Part shown: positions 1 to 9,954 of the stretch, piece after piece
Layout: every line of letters starts with the position of its first letter
How positions within the stretch are numbered: position 1 is the stretch's first letter
IMG/VR virus record: IMGVR_UViG_3300017951_000002
Coordinates: 1,841 to 65,840 of that record
DNA: 64,000 nt
DNA from: a virus
Taxonomy: Duplodnaviria; Caudoviricetes
Reading direction: 5' to 3' (one strand)
The notes under the pieces: generated by a model
Database searches by the model: none
What the model saw: only the letters and a program-made list of their open reading frames with translations
Told to the model about the DNA's origin: nothing
Translations under genes and position numbers: made by a program

Positions 1-138
1 CATTACGGACACGGCGGCAAGAAAACCGCTGCCAAGAAAGCTCCTGCAAAGGGCAAAAAAGGCCTTCCCCCTGCACTTGCCAAAAAAGCCGCAGAGATGA
101 AGTCCAAGGCCGCTAAGAAGCGCTCATCCAAGAAGTGA
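1..138 (+). CDS. 3' end of small Lys/Ala-rich basic protein (partial)
   Basis: Frame 1 reads HYGHGGKKTAAKKAPAKGKKGLPPALAKKAAEMKSKAAKKRSSKK then TGA at 136-138; histone-like composition; start lies outside the window. Confidence 0.7.
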   Translation, partial: HYGHGGKKTAAKKAPAKGKKGLPPALAKKAAEMKSKAAKKRSSKK

Positions 139-372
139 TCTGCTGATCGTTCCGATCGCTAACACAAAGAACAGACTACCCAGTGCTACTGTGCTCCAAG
201 CCCTTTGTTTCAAGGCGCTAGGGGCCAGTAGCATTTCTCCTAGAAGGGTGCAGCAGGCACCAGGAACAACACTTCCACGCTCAAAAAACAAGTAAGAGCC
301 GACGAAACATAGGTTGGAGAAATGACGGCAGGTGTCACGCCAATCGGTCTGATACTTTACGCCCATGGCCAC
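124..372 (-). CDS. small membrane protein
   Basis: 82-aa ORF with 2-3 hydrophobic segments; last gene of a chain of overlapping minus-strand ORFs. Confidence 0.55.
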   Translation of the reverse strand: MAMGVKYQTDWRDTCRHFSNLCFVGSYLFFERGSVVPGACCTLLGEMLLAPSALKQRAWSTVALGSLFFVLAIGTISRSLLG

Positions 373-590
373 CCCAGCTCGATATCGCCTCTCCAGACAT
401 CTTCGTCGATAAGGTTGTGCTCACAGTAGAGACTGAACACCTCTTGCATCTCCTTTAATGGAATACCTAAGCGGTTGGCCATGATCTTGACATTGGACTG
501 GCCCTTGAATAAGGTCTGGCAAGCCTCAAGCGTCGTTATCTTCGCTGAACTTGTAGGTGTAGCCAAAAGGTCCTCCCAGGGGCGTTTCAC
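357..590 (-). CDS. hypothetical protein (start uncertain)
   Basis: ORF overlaps both neighbours; possible HTH-like segment. Confidence 0.45.
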   Translation of the reverse strand: MKRPWEDLLATPTSSAKITTLEACQTLFKGQSNVKIMANRLGIPLKEMQEVFSLYCEHNLIDEDVWRGDIELGWPWA

Positions 591-837
591 CCTCTTTCTC
601 TTCCCAGTATAACGGGGGAAGTACCTTTGGCTCTGGAGTCAGGGCCTCTGCCTGCTTGTCAACAGACGCCATGGTGATTCCTGTCTTCACGTCGATCCAG
701 TCAGGCAGCCAGGCCTGGTAGATCAGGTCGATAATTTTGTTGTTGTGCAGGTAGCCGTGATCCCACAGGCGCTGAATGGCTTCCACCACTAGCGCCCGCA
801 GTCTCTTGGCTACCGTAATTGCACGGTTTGCCATCAC
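526..837 (-). CDS. hypothetical protein
   Basis: 103-aa ORF whose start is coupled to the stop of the upstream gene. Confidence 0.6.
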   Translation of the reverse strand: MMANRAITVAKRLRALVVEAIQRLWDHGYLHNNKIIDLIYQAWLPDWIDVKTGITMASVDKQAEALTPEPKVLPPLYWEEKEGETPLGGPFGYTYKFSEDNDA

Positions 838-980
838 TTGTCAGTGTGGCTTTCGTGAGGGAAGATCTGGCGAGCAGACTTGAGGATCTGATCGACAAGG
901 CCGTTACCCTTGAGGGGGGTAAAAGGCAGGATCTCTGACACGATGAACAGCACGAGGCCGATAAGTGCGAGGGGTTCCAT
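834..980 (-). CDS. small single-TM membrane protein (holin-like candidate)
   Basis: Read by hand: MEPLALIGLVLFIVSEILPFTPLKGNGLVDQILKSARQIFPHESHTDK; minus-strand TGGTAGAAT promoter at about 1006-1014. Confidence 0.6.
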   Translation of the reverse strand: MEPLALIGLVLFIVSEILPFTPLKGNGLVDQILKSARQIFPHESHTDK

Positions 981-1043
981 GATAGGAATTGATGACATCG
1001 CCCCTATTCTACCAACGGTATCCTAGCAGGAGACAGTGAAGCC

Positions 1044-2288
1044 ATGATCTTAAGCTCTGCCAACATTCTGGAGATCCTACAGGGCAGCGCTGTTGTTCGC
1101 ACGGCAGCTGGCGGGATTAGCATTGTTGACAAGAAGCCGATCGCGTCTGGTCGTGAAGGGTTTTACGTTTATATTGAAAAATACCCAAGCCTGGAGGAAT
1201 TTGAGGCGACCTGGAAGGTTTGGATTGAGTCCGACGGATCAGAGCCAGATGACCTGCTGCTGGCGGAAATGCGGCGCTTGTTGCCGAATTTCGAGTTTAA
1301 GCTTGGCCTGATTATCGAGGCGACCGTCAAAGACTTCAAGTCCGACAGTACCGAGCTGCGTCCTGAGCCTCAGCAGACTCTTGCCGTAATGCCGCCGACG
1401 GGGTGGATGGATGGGATCGAAAAGCGCTTTGAGGAGCTTGCCGAGGATATCCAAGACCGTATGCTACTGGTTGGCAGTGGTAGGCCTGGCAAAGATGGCA
1501 TAAGAGGCCCTGAGGGCCGCCCAGGAGCCCCTGGAAAAGACGGGAAAAACGGCAAGGACCTCGTGGCTACGGACGCCATGTTGGATGACCTCCTGAACGT
1601 CAAGATCGCCGACAGGCTTCCCTTGAAAAAGGGCCAGGTCCTCACGTACAACGGTAGCGACTGGGAAAATCTGTATGTGCCCCAGCTTCAGGCTCTTGTT
1701 TCTGGGGGCGGAGAAGATACCACCGTCGTCACAGGCGGCCAGGGGTCGCAGATCAACTGGATCTATCACGAGGAGACGGGCGAGCCTCACTCTCGTAAGT
1801 TTCACACACATGGAGAGACTGATGCGACACTGGTCACGGAGCTACACGTTAGTAAGACGAATGCCGCCAACAGTGATGTTGAGTTGTTACTGGATGCCAT
1901 TCTTCCGATCACCAACCAGATCTACATCTCGGATAATGACGATCCGTCACAGGCCCACCTCTATGACCTGACCAGTTACACCGAGACCACTGATGGCTTC
2001 AATCTTGCTATCAGCCACGTAGAGACTCCAGGGCCTGAGTCCAACTTTATCGCCAACGACCAGTACAATTTCCTGTTCCTGACAGGTGCAGGCAGTGGTG
2101 GCGCTACCTCAATCGACGAGCTTACCGACGTTGACACCAGCACCACGACTCCTTTTGTCGGGCAAACCTTGGTCTGGGATGGCGCTAACTGGGTTCCTGG
2201 CGATAGTATCGAAGAAGCGCCGATCGATGGCGACTTCTACGTTCGGCACAACGGCCAGTGGGTCAACATGGATGGCGGTGCTTTCTAG
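1044..2288 (+). CDS. virion structural/fibre protein with collagen-like Gly-X-Y stretch
   Basis: GRPGKDGIRGPEGRPGAPGKDGKNGKD; fibre repeat IDELTDVDTSTTTPFVGQTLVWDG; C-terminal EAPIDGDFYVRHNGQW; late-type promoter GGTATCCTA at 1017. Confidence 0.7.
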   Translation: MILSSANILEILQGSAVVRTAAGGISIVDKKPIASGREGFYVYIEKYPSLEEFEATWKVWIESDGSEPDDLLLAEMRRLLPNFEFKLGLIIEATVKDFKSDSTELRPEPQQTLAVMPPTGWMDGIEKRFEELAEDIQDRMLLVGSGRPGKDGIRGPEGRPGAPGKDGKNGKDLVATDAMLDDLLNVKIADRLPLKKGQVLTYNGSDWENLYVPQLQALVSGGGEDTTVVTGGQGSQINWIYHEETGEPHSRKFHTHGETDATLVTELHVSKTNAANSDVELLLDAILPITNQIYISDNDDPSQAHLYDLTSYTETTDGFNLAISHVETPGPESNFIANDQYNFLFLTGAGSGGATSIDELTDVDTSTTTPFVGQTLVWDGANWVPGDSIEEAPIDGDFYVRHNGQWVNMDGGAF

Positions 2289-2352
2289 GCAGACTGTCTA
2301 GAAGCTAGTTTCAAAACCCGCTTGATTGGCATCCTAGCCCAGCTTTCATTGG

Positions 2353-3396
2353 GTGATGAAAACCTCCGCCAACGGCATCGAGATCATCAAAGCTCACGAG
2401 GGCTTGGTGCTTTATGCTTATCCCGATCCTGGGACTGGGGGAGACCCCTGGACGATTGGCTACGGCCATACCAGGGGTGTTACGCCTGGCATGTGGATCG
2501 CAGAGGAGCAGGCAGAGGCATTCCTGATTGAGGATCTGGAGCGGTTTGAGACGGCAGTCGCGGAACTGCTACCCATCCCGCTGGCGCAGAGCGAGTTTGA
2601 CGCCCTGGTCAGCTTCGCCTTCAATGTTGGAGCCCATGCTCTGCAGACCTCCACGCTGCGCAAGCGGCTGCTGGCTGGTGAGCCACGCTGTCAGGTGTAC
2701 CAGGAGGAGCTGAAGCGCTGGAATAAGGGCGGCAATGGCGTCATGGCTGGGCTTGTAAGGCGCCGCCAGGAGGAGGCCGACCTCGCATGCCTTGGATACC
2801 TCTCAGAGTACGCAGAGGAGCTTCCAGAGGTCTCTGAGGAAGAAGAGAAAGTCGCCTTCCCGCTGGATGTGCCTTACTACACGCAACTCGACAGCGAAGT
2901 ATGGGGCCAGGCAGAGCGTTCCTGCTTTTCAAGCTCTATGGCAATGGCCTTGGAGTACGTGGATCCCGAAGGCATTGACGGCGATGATGACTGGTACCTC
3001 CGCGAGGTGCTCAAGCGTGGTGATACGGTCTCGTCAACTGCTCAGGTCGAAACTGCACGAGCGCTGGGCTACGATGTCGAGTTTTGCATGGATGGAACCG
3101 AGCAGGACCTCTTGGATCAGCTGGATCGTGGCATCCCCGTACCGATCGGCATCCTTCACAAGGGTCACGTCACCAAGCCTACGGGTGGCGGCCATTGGAT
3201 CTGCCTGACTGGCTACGATGAAACACACTTCTATGTCAACGACCCTATGGGCGAGCTGAGCCTGATCGGCGGCGGCTATCCTTGGGAAACTCAGGGCAGA
3301 GGTTATGGACTGGAGTACACCCGCAAGAACACCCTCAAGCGCTGGCTGATCGATGGGTCTGGTGCAGATGGGTGGTGGATGAAGATCAACCCCTAA
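2353..3396 (+). CDS. endolysin: GH24 lysozyme fused to C39-like peptidase domain
   Basis: HEGLVLYAYPD...WTIGYGHT...FDALVSFAFNVG...GLVRRR (GH24); C-terminal VPYYTQLD...CFSSSMAM...GGHWI...YVNDP (Cys-His-Asp C39-like). Confidence 0.9.
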   Translation: MMKTSANGIEIIKAHEGLVLYAYPDPGTGGDPWTIGYGHTRGVTPGMWIAEEQAEAFLIEDLERFETAVAELLPIPLAQSEFDALVSFAFNVGAHALQTSTLRKRLLAGEPRCQVYQEELKRWNKGGNGVMAGLVRRRQEEADLACLGYLSEYAEELPEVSEEEEKVAFPLDVPYYTQLDSEVWGQAERSCFSSSMAMALEYVDPEGIDGDDDWYLREVLKRGDTVSSTAQVETARALGYDVEFCMDGTEQDLLDQLDRGIPVPIGILHKGHVTKPTGGGHWICLTGYDETHFYVNDPMGELSLIGGGYPWETQGRGYGLEYTRKNTLKRWLIDGSGADGWWMKINP

Positions 3397-3646
3397 TTTT
3401 AGGAACCATACCAGCAGAATTACTCAGAACGGTGCAAGCAGTCCTCTCCTGGCTCCCTGGTTACTACTACGACAGAGGCACTCTCAAGACGACGGGTGCT
3501 GCGATCCCTCCTACTTTCCACCTACGGGAAGATGGCGAGATCATGGCATACTGCCGCCCGATCTTTCGTGAAGGGCCTACTGTTGGTCTGTTCTTGAAAA
3601 TGAGCGGTATCAAGGCTGCGGTGGAGCGAGGAGAGGTCTGAGCATA

Positions 3647-3672
3647 GAAAAAGGGGCCTTGATGGCCCCTTA
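3647..3672 (-). terminator. intrinsic terminator between convergent units
   Basis: AAGGGGCC-TTGAT-GGCCCCTT hairpin with an A-tract on the + side. Confidence 0.6.
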
Positions 3673-3715
3673 ATCTTTTCCCCGAGCCCCCACGGCTCCC
3701 ACTTATTCTAACAGG

Positions 3716-4132
3716 TCAGGGCTCCTCGGTCCCGTACTCTAAGCCGTCGATTGATTCGACCAAGCCTTTGAGGTACTGGTGGACAGAATCTTCTTGCCAG
3801 CCCGATTCCGAAATCAGTGCGTCACCAATGGCATTAAGAGCTTCGGTGTGGCGGTCAGTCCAATCATCGGTTTCCTTGGCGTGGTCACGCACTTGATTGG
3901 CAGAGGCCAACAGGCGAAGTTCCATGGCCTGGCTTTCCAGTTCACTCGTGCCTGTCTCCTCCATGCTCTCTATGAGTCGTGAGTACGTTTCGACCCTTTT
4001 CTTGTCGATCAAATTCATTAGAAAGTACCCAATGTTACCAACAACCTTGAGAGAAACCGTGCTCACGAAGCTGATCAGCCAGATGAGTGACGCAGACCCT
4101 TGGGTGACGGCATTGAATGCGAATCCTCTCAT
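3716..4132 (-). CDS. hypothetical protein
   Basis: 138-aa ORF downstream of dnaB on the same strand. Confidence 0.65.
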   Translation of the reverse strand: MRGFAFNAVTQGSASLIWLISFVSTVSLKVVGNIGYFLMNLIDKKRVETYSRLIESMEETGTSELESQAMELRLLASANQVRDHAKETDDWTDRHTEALNAIGDALISESGWQEDSVHQYLKGLVESIDGLEYGTEEP

Positions 4133-4155
4133 TGGTTTCCTGTCGATACTACAGT

Positions 4156-5853
4156 TTACCGCTTTTTGATTTTCACGGCGATGAGGCCGTCGGTCTCATC
4201 CTCCCTGATTGCACTGTGGGCGTAATCCATCTTCAGGATTGACTTGTCCAGGAAGCCGCCAATGCCCTCGATCTTACTGCCAGACCAGCGTGCCTGACGG
4301 CCACGGGTTTTGGCATGCCAGAACTCCAGGCCACCAGTCCACTTGTCCTCGTCTCCGACCTTCTGGATCTCCTTGCGGACGATCCACACAGCATGGCTGA
4401 CATGGGACAGTGCATCCGTGCCACGAATCTGGTCCAGGGTGGGAGCTTCCTTCTTGCCGTTAGGATCCATGCCTACTCGGTTCATCTGAGCCAGGACAAT
4501 CAGGTCGATCTCCAGCTGCTTGGCGCAGTTCATCAGCTTGTAGGCACGCTCCTCCAGCATTGAAGCATCCGAGGAGGGGGCACCCTTGTGGCGAGCCAAA
4601 ACGTGGAAGTGGTCAATTACGGCACATCGGAGATCAGGGTTCTTAGCCTTCATGGAGCGCAGTGAGTTGATCACCGACTCAACGTCAGCACCCCAGGGGT
4701 CCTCAACTAACAGCTTGCCGCCGTTGTTCTGAATTGCCATAGCCGCCTGAGCCACTCGCTCCGAAACCTCGCTGCGTGTGTGGTCGGGGGATTCGATGGC
4801 ACCGACTTCGGCCCAGGCCGTGTTTGGGTTGGCGACTTTGGTGGCTGCTGCCCAGATGCGAGCGTAGATAGCATGCTTGTCAAGCTCGGCTGAGATGAAG
4901 CCCACCTTGAGGCCGCCGTATGCCAGATTGACGGCAGCGTAAACGCCTAGAACGGTTTTACCAACACCAGTGCGGGCAGCAAGGGTGAATAGCCGACCAC
5001 CTGCGGCTTGACCTGGCGGGCGAACACCACCCTCCATGTCGATGTCCATGGCCTGCATGCCAGTACTGACAGGGGCGACCTGCTCGCGAGCGTCCATGAT
5101 GATATCGAGAAACGACTTGTTGCCGTTCTTGGGTGCTAGCAGGTCCTCTACAGCATCAGTGGCATTGCCCTCGTTGCCAACGGAGCCGCGTAGCATGCCA
5201 AGGCAGCGCATCAATTCTTCTTGTTGCGCTTCGATCGCCTTCTCCAACTTGGTGTCAGACTTGATGGTCTGCTCGGCTTGATGTTGAGCAGCAAGAAAGT
5301 TAGCGCGGGCGCGAGCCTGGCGGAGCAAGTCCAGGGCAACGCCGAATTCTGAGGCGGCATCGCCGTAGCGCTCAAGGGTGGCAGGTTCCGACAAGTCTGA
5401 AACCGTCTTCTCGAACTCAAGCTTGGAACAGAACTGGGTGCTGTTCAGGGAGAATGCCTTGATCAACAGCTCTTTGCTGATCATAGTCGCGCCGTCAGCT
5501 TCGCCGTTGAAAACGCGATCAATCAGTGAGCCTACAGCGCGAAAGGCTGGGTTGGACCATAGTTGACGGGGCAGCTCTTGTCCGTGCCCAACACCAACAG
5601 CAATACGCAGCTCGGACCAAAGCTCACGGGCCAGGCCAGGAGGGCTGGTCAGGACGCGGCTTAGCACAATGGCTTCCTGGTCTGTGGTGTCGTCACCATC
5701 GACCTGGGTAGTGGGCTGGATTTTTTCGATCAGGCGAGCGATGCCCAGGACTGATTCGGCTTCTTCTTGACCGACCCCGACAATGCGGCCATCTCTGGCT
5801 TCGAGCAGGCCGAGGTCGACGGCGTTTTGGATGTGCTTGGGGAATTGCATCAT
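4156..5853 (-). CDS. dnaB: DnaB-like replicative helicase
   Basis: Walker A AARTGVGKT, ISAEL, Walker B VIDHFH, LAQMNR, IRGTDAL; start placed at MMQFPK next to the initiator stop. Confidence 0.9.
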   Translation of the reverse strand: MMQFPKHIQNAVDLGLLEARDGRIVGVGQEEAESVLGIARLIEKIQPTTQVDGDDTTDQEAIVLSRVLTSPPGLARELWSELRIAVGVGHGQELPRQLWSNPAFRAVGSLIDRVFNGEADGATMISKELLIKAFSLNSTQFCSKLEFEKTVSDLSEPATLERYGDAASEFGVALDLLRQARARANFLAAQHQAEQTIKSDTKLEKAIEAQQEELMRCLGMLRGSVGNEGNATDAVEDLLAPKNGNKSFLDIIMDAREQVAPVSTGMQAMDIDMEGGVRPPGQAAGGRLFTLAARTGVGKTVLGVYAAVNLAYGGLKVGFISAELDKHAIYARIWAAATKVANPNTAWAEVGAIESPDHTRSEVSERVAQAAMAIQNNGGKLLVEDPWGADVESVINSLRSMKAKNPDLRCAVIDHFHVLARHKGAPSSDASMLEERAYKLMNCAKQLEIDLIVLAQMNRVGMDPNGKKEAPTLDQIRGTDALSHVSHAVWIVRKEIQKVGDEDKWTGGLEFWHAKTRGRQARWSGSKIEGIGGFLDKSILKMDYAHSAIREDETDGLIAVKIKKR

Positions 5854-5854
5854 A

Positions 5855-6700
5855 TCAGCGAGCAGTGGGGAGGTAGGAGACGCCGAGATCGTTCTCCTTG
5901 TAGGTCCAGTGTACCAGACAATCTTCGTCGGTGTAAATGTAGATCGTGTGATCGCCGTCATTGGCTACCTGATGGGTCCAGGCAGTACTGCGGCTCATTT
6001 CAAGGCGAACGACCTTGTCCATCTTCAACCCCTTGGACTGGAACCAGTTGATCCAGCTTTGATCATTGCTGGCATCAAACAAGACAGCCTGGCCTTTCTT
6101 TGAGCCTGCCAGCTTGACTAGCTTCTCGACATTGGCGAACTTGTTTTGCTTAGGGGTGCCAGTCCCGAAGACATTAGTAAAGCTCATGTTCTTTTCCTTC
6201 CACCAGTCGTCAGCCTTGCAGCCGTTAAGGGTAGCCGCTAGGAACTTACAGAGGTCTGGCTCGTTGTTGTGCTTCGCGTGAAGCTTAAGGGTGTCAACCT
6301 GATTCAGGCTCAAGGAAGAGCGGAGACGAGCATAGCCGTCAGGCTTGAAAGAGTTCCAGGTGTCCTTGAGGTCCTCGCGAATCTGCTGCTCCTTTGTGAG
6401 CTTGGCCTCCTTTGGCTTGAAGTTCTCGCCAGGAATCGTGACAACCAGGCGGTTTTTCTCTTGGATCAGGTAGCCCTTGTCCTTCAGTGCCTGGCGTTGC
6501 TTGCGAAAGGCCACGGTAGAGATGCCGAACTGATCTGCGATGCTATCCGCTTCGACGATCACCTGATCAGCTCCCCTCGGAAGGGCCAGCAAACGGCACC
6601 AGAGGCGGAACTCTGCGTGAGTCAGGTCTTGGTCGAAGATCACCTCGTTCATCACCTTGGTGAAGTCCGTAGTAGGCCTTAGGTCGGTCGTCAGATACAT
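5855..6700 (-). CDS. replication initiator-like protein (N-terminal winged HTH)
   Basis: FTKVMNEVIFDQDLTHAEFRLWCRL...IADQFGIS...LKDKGYL typical of phage O/DnaD-like initiators; directly upstream of dnaB and next to an iteron array. Confidence 0.7.
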   Translation of the reverse strand: MYLTTDLRPTTDFTKVMNEVIFDQDLTHAEFRLWCRLLALPRGADQVIVEADSIADQFGISTVAFRKQRQALKDKGYLIQEKNRLVVTIPGENFKPKEAKLTKEQQIREDLKDTWNSFKPDGYARLRSSLSLNQVDTLKLHAKHNNEPDLCKFLAATLNGCKADDWWKEKNMSFTNVFGTGTPKQNKFANVEKLVKLAGSKKGQAVLFDASNDQSWINWFQSKGLKMDKVVRLEMSRSTAWTHQVANDGDHTIYIYTDEDCLVHWTYKENDLGVSYLPTAR

Positions 6701-6730
6701 GGCGTGGGGTCGGCTGTATTCAGCATAGGT

Positions 6731-6830
6731 GATAGCTGCGGTTGCGCAACCTCAGGTATCGGTTAGCGATAGCTCAGGTATCGGTTTAGCGATACCTCAG
6801 GTATCACCACATCTATATATAAGATTTTAA
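6731..6830. repeat. iteron-like array A (palindromic GATASCTCAGGTATC units) plus AT-rich tract
   Basis: GATAGCTGCGGTTGC / GCAACCTCAGGTATC / GATAGCTCAGGTATC / GATACCTCAGGTATC, then CACATCTATATATAAGATTTTAA. Confidence 0.75.
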
Positions 6831-6892
6831 AGATCCTTTACTTCGTAAAGGAAGATATGCGTGCGTGCGGGTTTATTTGGTAGAATGTTTAC

Positions 6893-7174
6893 ATGGCTGG
6901 ACGAAAGCGGCGATTTACACCACCTCCTGGGTTCACCCAGTGCCCCAAGCTTCGAGCGAAGTACGAAGAGTTCGGCGTCAAGCTTGGCAGGCTCTACCTG
7001 TGGTATCCAGACCGAGCAATCAAGGCCTGGTCGTTCTTCGGCGGCGTCCTGGGCGCTCGTTGGATGCTGGAGGTGTTTCGCTACCACTGGATCAAAGACA
7101 ATCCAGAAGACTACAGGATCTGGAAGAAGAAACGCGAAAACGCCAAGGACCGAGAGAGGCGTAGGAATGCTTGA
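6893..7174 (+). CDS. hypothetical protein
   Basis: 93-aa ORF after TGGTAGAAT promoter at 6878-6886. Confidence 0.55.
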   Translation: MAGRKRRFTPPPGFTQCPKLRAKYEEFGVKLGRLYLWYPDRAIKAWSFFGGVLGARWMLEVFRYHWIKDNPEDYRIWKKKRENAKDRERRRNA

Positions 7175-7361
7175 CACGATCTTTCGAGCGCTCAACATGG
7201 CTGGCATGCTGTTCAGCATCTGCACCCAGTCGCCAGAGACCGTGCGGCTTTGTATGACCGACCATCATGTCTGGCTGTGGCCTGAGATCAGGCGAGCATG
7301 GGATCTCTACACCGAACGGGAGTTGCCGTATGCGGATGAGGCTGGTAGAATGGACGAGTAA
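7167..7361 (+). CDS. hypothetical protein
   Basis: MLDTIFRAL... start overlaps the upstream stop. Confidence 0.5.
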   Translation: MLDTIFRALNMAGMLFSICTQSPETVRLCMTDHHVWLWPEIRRAWDLYTERELPYADEAGRMDE

Positions 7362-7379
7362 ACCTCTCAGAGGGCTCGA

Positions 7380-8084
7380 ATGACTTTCCCCAACCTCGCA
7401 GGCGTCGCCACTAAAGACCTGGTCGAAGCGATCGGCACAGGCAAATTCAAGGCCAGCTACATCAACTGGTCGCGCACCATGAACCTGCTCCGCCAGAATG
7501 CTCCTGGCTGGCTCGTGGACTACGTTCCCGCAGAAGATGGCAGCCTGCTACATCGCGCTCCTGTGGGTGCCTACCTGCTGATCCGCTTCCAGCACATCGA
7601 CGGCCATGTCACCCCTGCGCTGCCTCAGGCAGTCATGGACCATCGCAACAACGCAATTCCCTATGACAAGATCACGGCTCGTGACATCACGGATACGCAA
7701 CGGCGTGGTATGTGCATGGCTGCTGCTATGCACTTTGGACTTGCTTATGAACTTTGGGCAAAGCTTCCGCTAGAGTCTGGCTACGCTGCTCCCGCTAGCG
7801 AGGAGGCACCTGCAGCCCCAAAAGCAGCTACCAAGGCCCCTACTGCGGCGGCTGTCAGGGCATCTGAACCACTGGTGCCTGATGTGGCATCTGAGACTAC
7901 GTTTCGCGAAGCCGCCCTCGAAAAGGGTGTCCACACCGTCGCCATCGATGCACTCGTCAAGATCGTCGGCGAAAAGCTCGGCGGTGACTTCGAGAAAGGG
8001 CTCGGCGTCCTGGCAGGCAAGTCGGCAGAGGAGCTTAACTCCAAGTACGGCCCAACGCCCAAAGACGGCGTCGAGCAGTGGTGA
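7380..8084 (+). CDS. single-strand annealing protein (DUF1071/Sak-like)
   Basis: YINWSRT, VMDHRNNAI, TDTQRRGMCMAAAMHFGLAYELW motifs. Confidence 0.75.
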   Translation: MTFPNLAGVATKDLVEAIGTGKFKASYINWSRTMNLLRQNAPGWLVDYVPAEDGSLLHRAPVGAYLLIRFQHIDGHVTPALPQAVMDHRNNAIPYDKITARDITDTQRRGMCMAAAMHFGLAYELWAKLPLESGYAAPASEEAPAAPKAATKAPTAAAVRASEPLVPDVASETTFREAALEKGVHTVAIDALVKIVGEKLGGDFEKGLGVLAGKSAEELNSKYGPTPKDGVEQW

Positions 8085-8136
8085 TCCGCTGGTTTCATTT
8101 ATCAGCTTCTTCAATGGCGAAGAAGTGTAACGATAA

Positions 8137-8165
8137 GGCCTCCTGTCTTGACAGGGGGCTTTTTC
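8137..8165 (+). terminator. intrinsic terminator
   Basis: GCCTCCTGTC-TT-GACAGGGGGC followed by a T-run. Confidence 0.6.
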
Positions 8166-8202
8166 TGCTTCATACTGTTCACATACCTCACGAGGACCCG
8201 AC

Positions 8203-9042
8203 ATGTCTGATTCCATTCAATCCTGGCTCAATGCAGCAGGCCGCTTCCCGCTCCTGCCCCAGTCCGAGCTGATTCGCCTTGCCAAGAAGCGCGACTCCCT
8301 AAAGCCTGGCAGCGCAGCTTACGCCAAGGTGATCAACAAGATCTGCGAACACAACCTGCGCCTTGTACCGAACGTTGTCCGCAGCTATATCAGGAAACGC
8401 TCTGGATACACCATGGGCAGCGAGGTCATTTCAGACCTTCTGCAGCAGGGTTACATCGGCCTCCGCCGTGCCGCTGAGAAGTACGATCCATCCCTGGGCT
8501 ACGCTTTTTCCACTTACGCCCACCGCTGGATCTCACAGGCCTTCATCCGTTGGCATAACAGCCATGATCGGACTATCTACATTCCCGAAAACTCGATGTG
8601 CGAAGTTCTGTACCGCTGGCGGAACGGTAAGCCCAGCAGGTCCAAGAACGGCAAGATTGGTAGCAGCATAATCAACTGCGCTATCCGTGCTACGGAGATC
8701 AGTTCCATTGACCAACGCGCAGGCGAAGACGGTGATACGGCTACCATTGCTGACTTGATTTCCGAAGAAAACCTGATTCTGCCCCGTACCAGCGCAGACA
8801 AGAGCTATGCCGAGGTGAAAATCAAGAATCTGATGGACGAGTGTGGCATCAAGCCTCGCGTTCAGAGCATTGTCATGACATATGCCAAGAAAGGCAACAT
8901 GAAAATGACTGCCTATAAGCTGGGCCTCTGCTCTAACACCTGCCGCAAGCTCTACAATGAGGCCTTTGAGGTGATGAAATCCAAGGCCGACGAAAAGGAA
9001 GCAGCCGCCGCATCCGTTCGGGCTGTTAGAATGGGAAGGTAA
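8203..9042 (+). CDS. RNA polymerase sigma factor, RpoD/group 2-like
   Basis: Region 1.2 IQSWLNAAGRFPLL; region 2 HNLRLV, DLLQQGYIGLRRAAEKYDPSLGYAFSTYAHRWI. Confidence 0.9.
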   Translation: MSDSIQSWLNAAGRFPLLPQSELIRLAKKRDSLKPGSAAYAKVINKICEHNLRLVPNVVRSYIRKRSGYTMGSEVISDLLQQGYIGLRRAAEKYDPSLGYAFSTYAHRWISQAFIRWHNSHDRTIYIPENSMCEVLYRWRNGKPSRSKNGKIGSSIINCAIRATEISSIDQRAGEDGDTATIADLISEENLILPRTSADKSYAEVKIKNLMDECGIKPRVQSIVMTYAKKGNMKMTAYKLGLCSNTCRKLYNEAFEVMKSKADEKEAAAASVRAVRMGR

Positions 9043-9065
9043 CACACCTCATCGAGGACACGACA

Positions 9066-9422
9066 ATGGCTGCAATCACTACAGCTGGCAAAGTCACCTG
9101 CAAAGAAGGCACTGAAGCCGTTACCATTCGCGAGTTTGGCAACGGTGGCAAGATCGCCAAGTTCAGCATGGTTGACAATGAGTACTTTTACGTCAAGGAG
9201 GGGGATGACCGCAAAGGTCAGTTCTACAGCATCGAGGTCAATGGCAAGCAAGCCGACATCGTTGCTGATCGCCTGAAGCGTGGTGATCGCGTCTGCGTGC
9301 GTGGTCAACTGGTCCAACGCGAGTACAACGATCGCATCTATCTTGATGTGAAGCAGGCTTCTGTGACATTCATGGAAGATCGTCGCGACGGCGCGGCTGG
9401 TGGCGGGGATTCGCTGTTCTGA
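9066..9422 (+). CDS. ssb: single-stranded DNA-binding protein
   Basis: OB-fold motifs (LKRGDRVCVRGQL) and acidic tail GGGDSLF. Confidence 0.85.
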   Translation: MAAITTAGKVTCKEGTEAVTIREFGNGGKIAKFSMVDNEYFYVKEGDDRKGQFYSIEVNGKQADIVADRLKRGDRVCVRGQLVQREYNDRIYLDVKQASVTFMEDRRDGAAGGGDSLF

Positions 9423-9519
9423 TTGGAACCCTACGGTCCCTTCGTCCGAACGACACCGAGCGCTCCTTGACGGGGCGCTTTTTTTATGGTTAGAATGGTT
9501 GCAGTTCAAGGAGGTATCC

Positions 9520-9954
9520 ATGAATCAATTCGGATTTCGTATCGAGGAGGCCGAGGTTGCGCCAGGTACTCTTGGCTTGCTGTACGATCACACGCCTGAG
9601 CTGACAACAGCAGACATCCGCCCATTCGTTTGGTCGATCCTGCTCTACCGTGGTGCAGTCAAGCGTCATGAGGTCGTTGGCTCTGTAACGCCCCTGTGCG
9701 GCCACTCGGAGCTGTACAGCGGCTGGAGTGATGATCTGGACCCAGAGGACGATCGAACGCGCCTGGAATGGCTTGTGGACGAGGTTCTGGGCGACTGGAC
9801 CGCTTGCGGCCTGCTGCGTTACAGCACCAAGGCCGATCTTTGGGTATTGAACAGCTCCAACAAGCACCTGCCAGAGGTGATCAAGGCCGTCGCTGGCGTC
9901 AACGGCAGCCTACCGCAACACTACATCTTAGAAAGGGAGGTCGAGAATGCCTAG
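9520..9954 (+). CDS. hypothetical protein
   Basis: AGGAGG RBS before ATG 9520; TAGAAT promoter at 9491. Confidence 0.7.
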   Translation: MNQFGFRIEEAEVAPGTLGLLYDHTPELTTADIRPFVWSILLYRGAVKRHEVVGSVTPLCGHSELYSGWSDDLDPEDDRTRLEWLVDEVLGDWTACGLLRYSTKADLWVLNSSNKHLPEVIKAVAGVNGSLPQHYILEREVENA

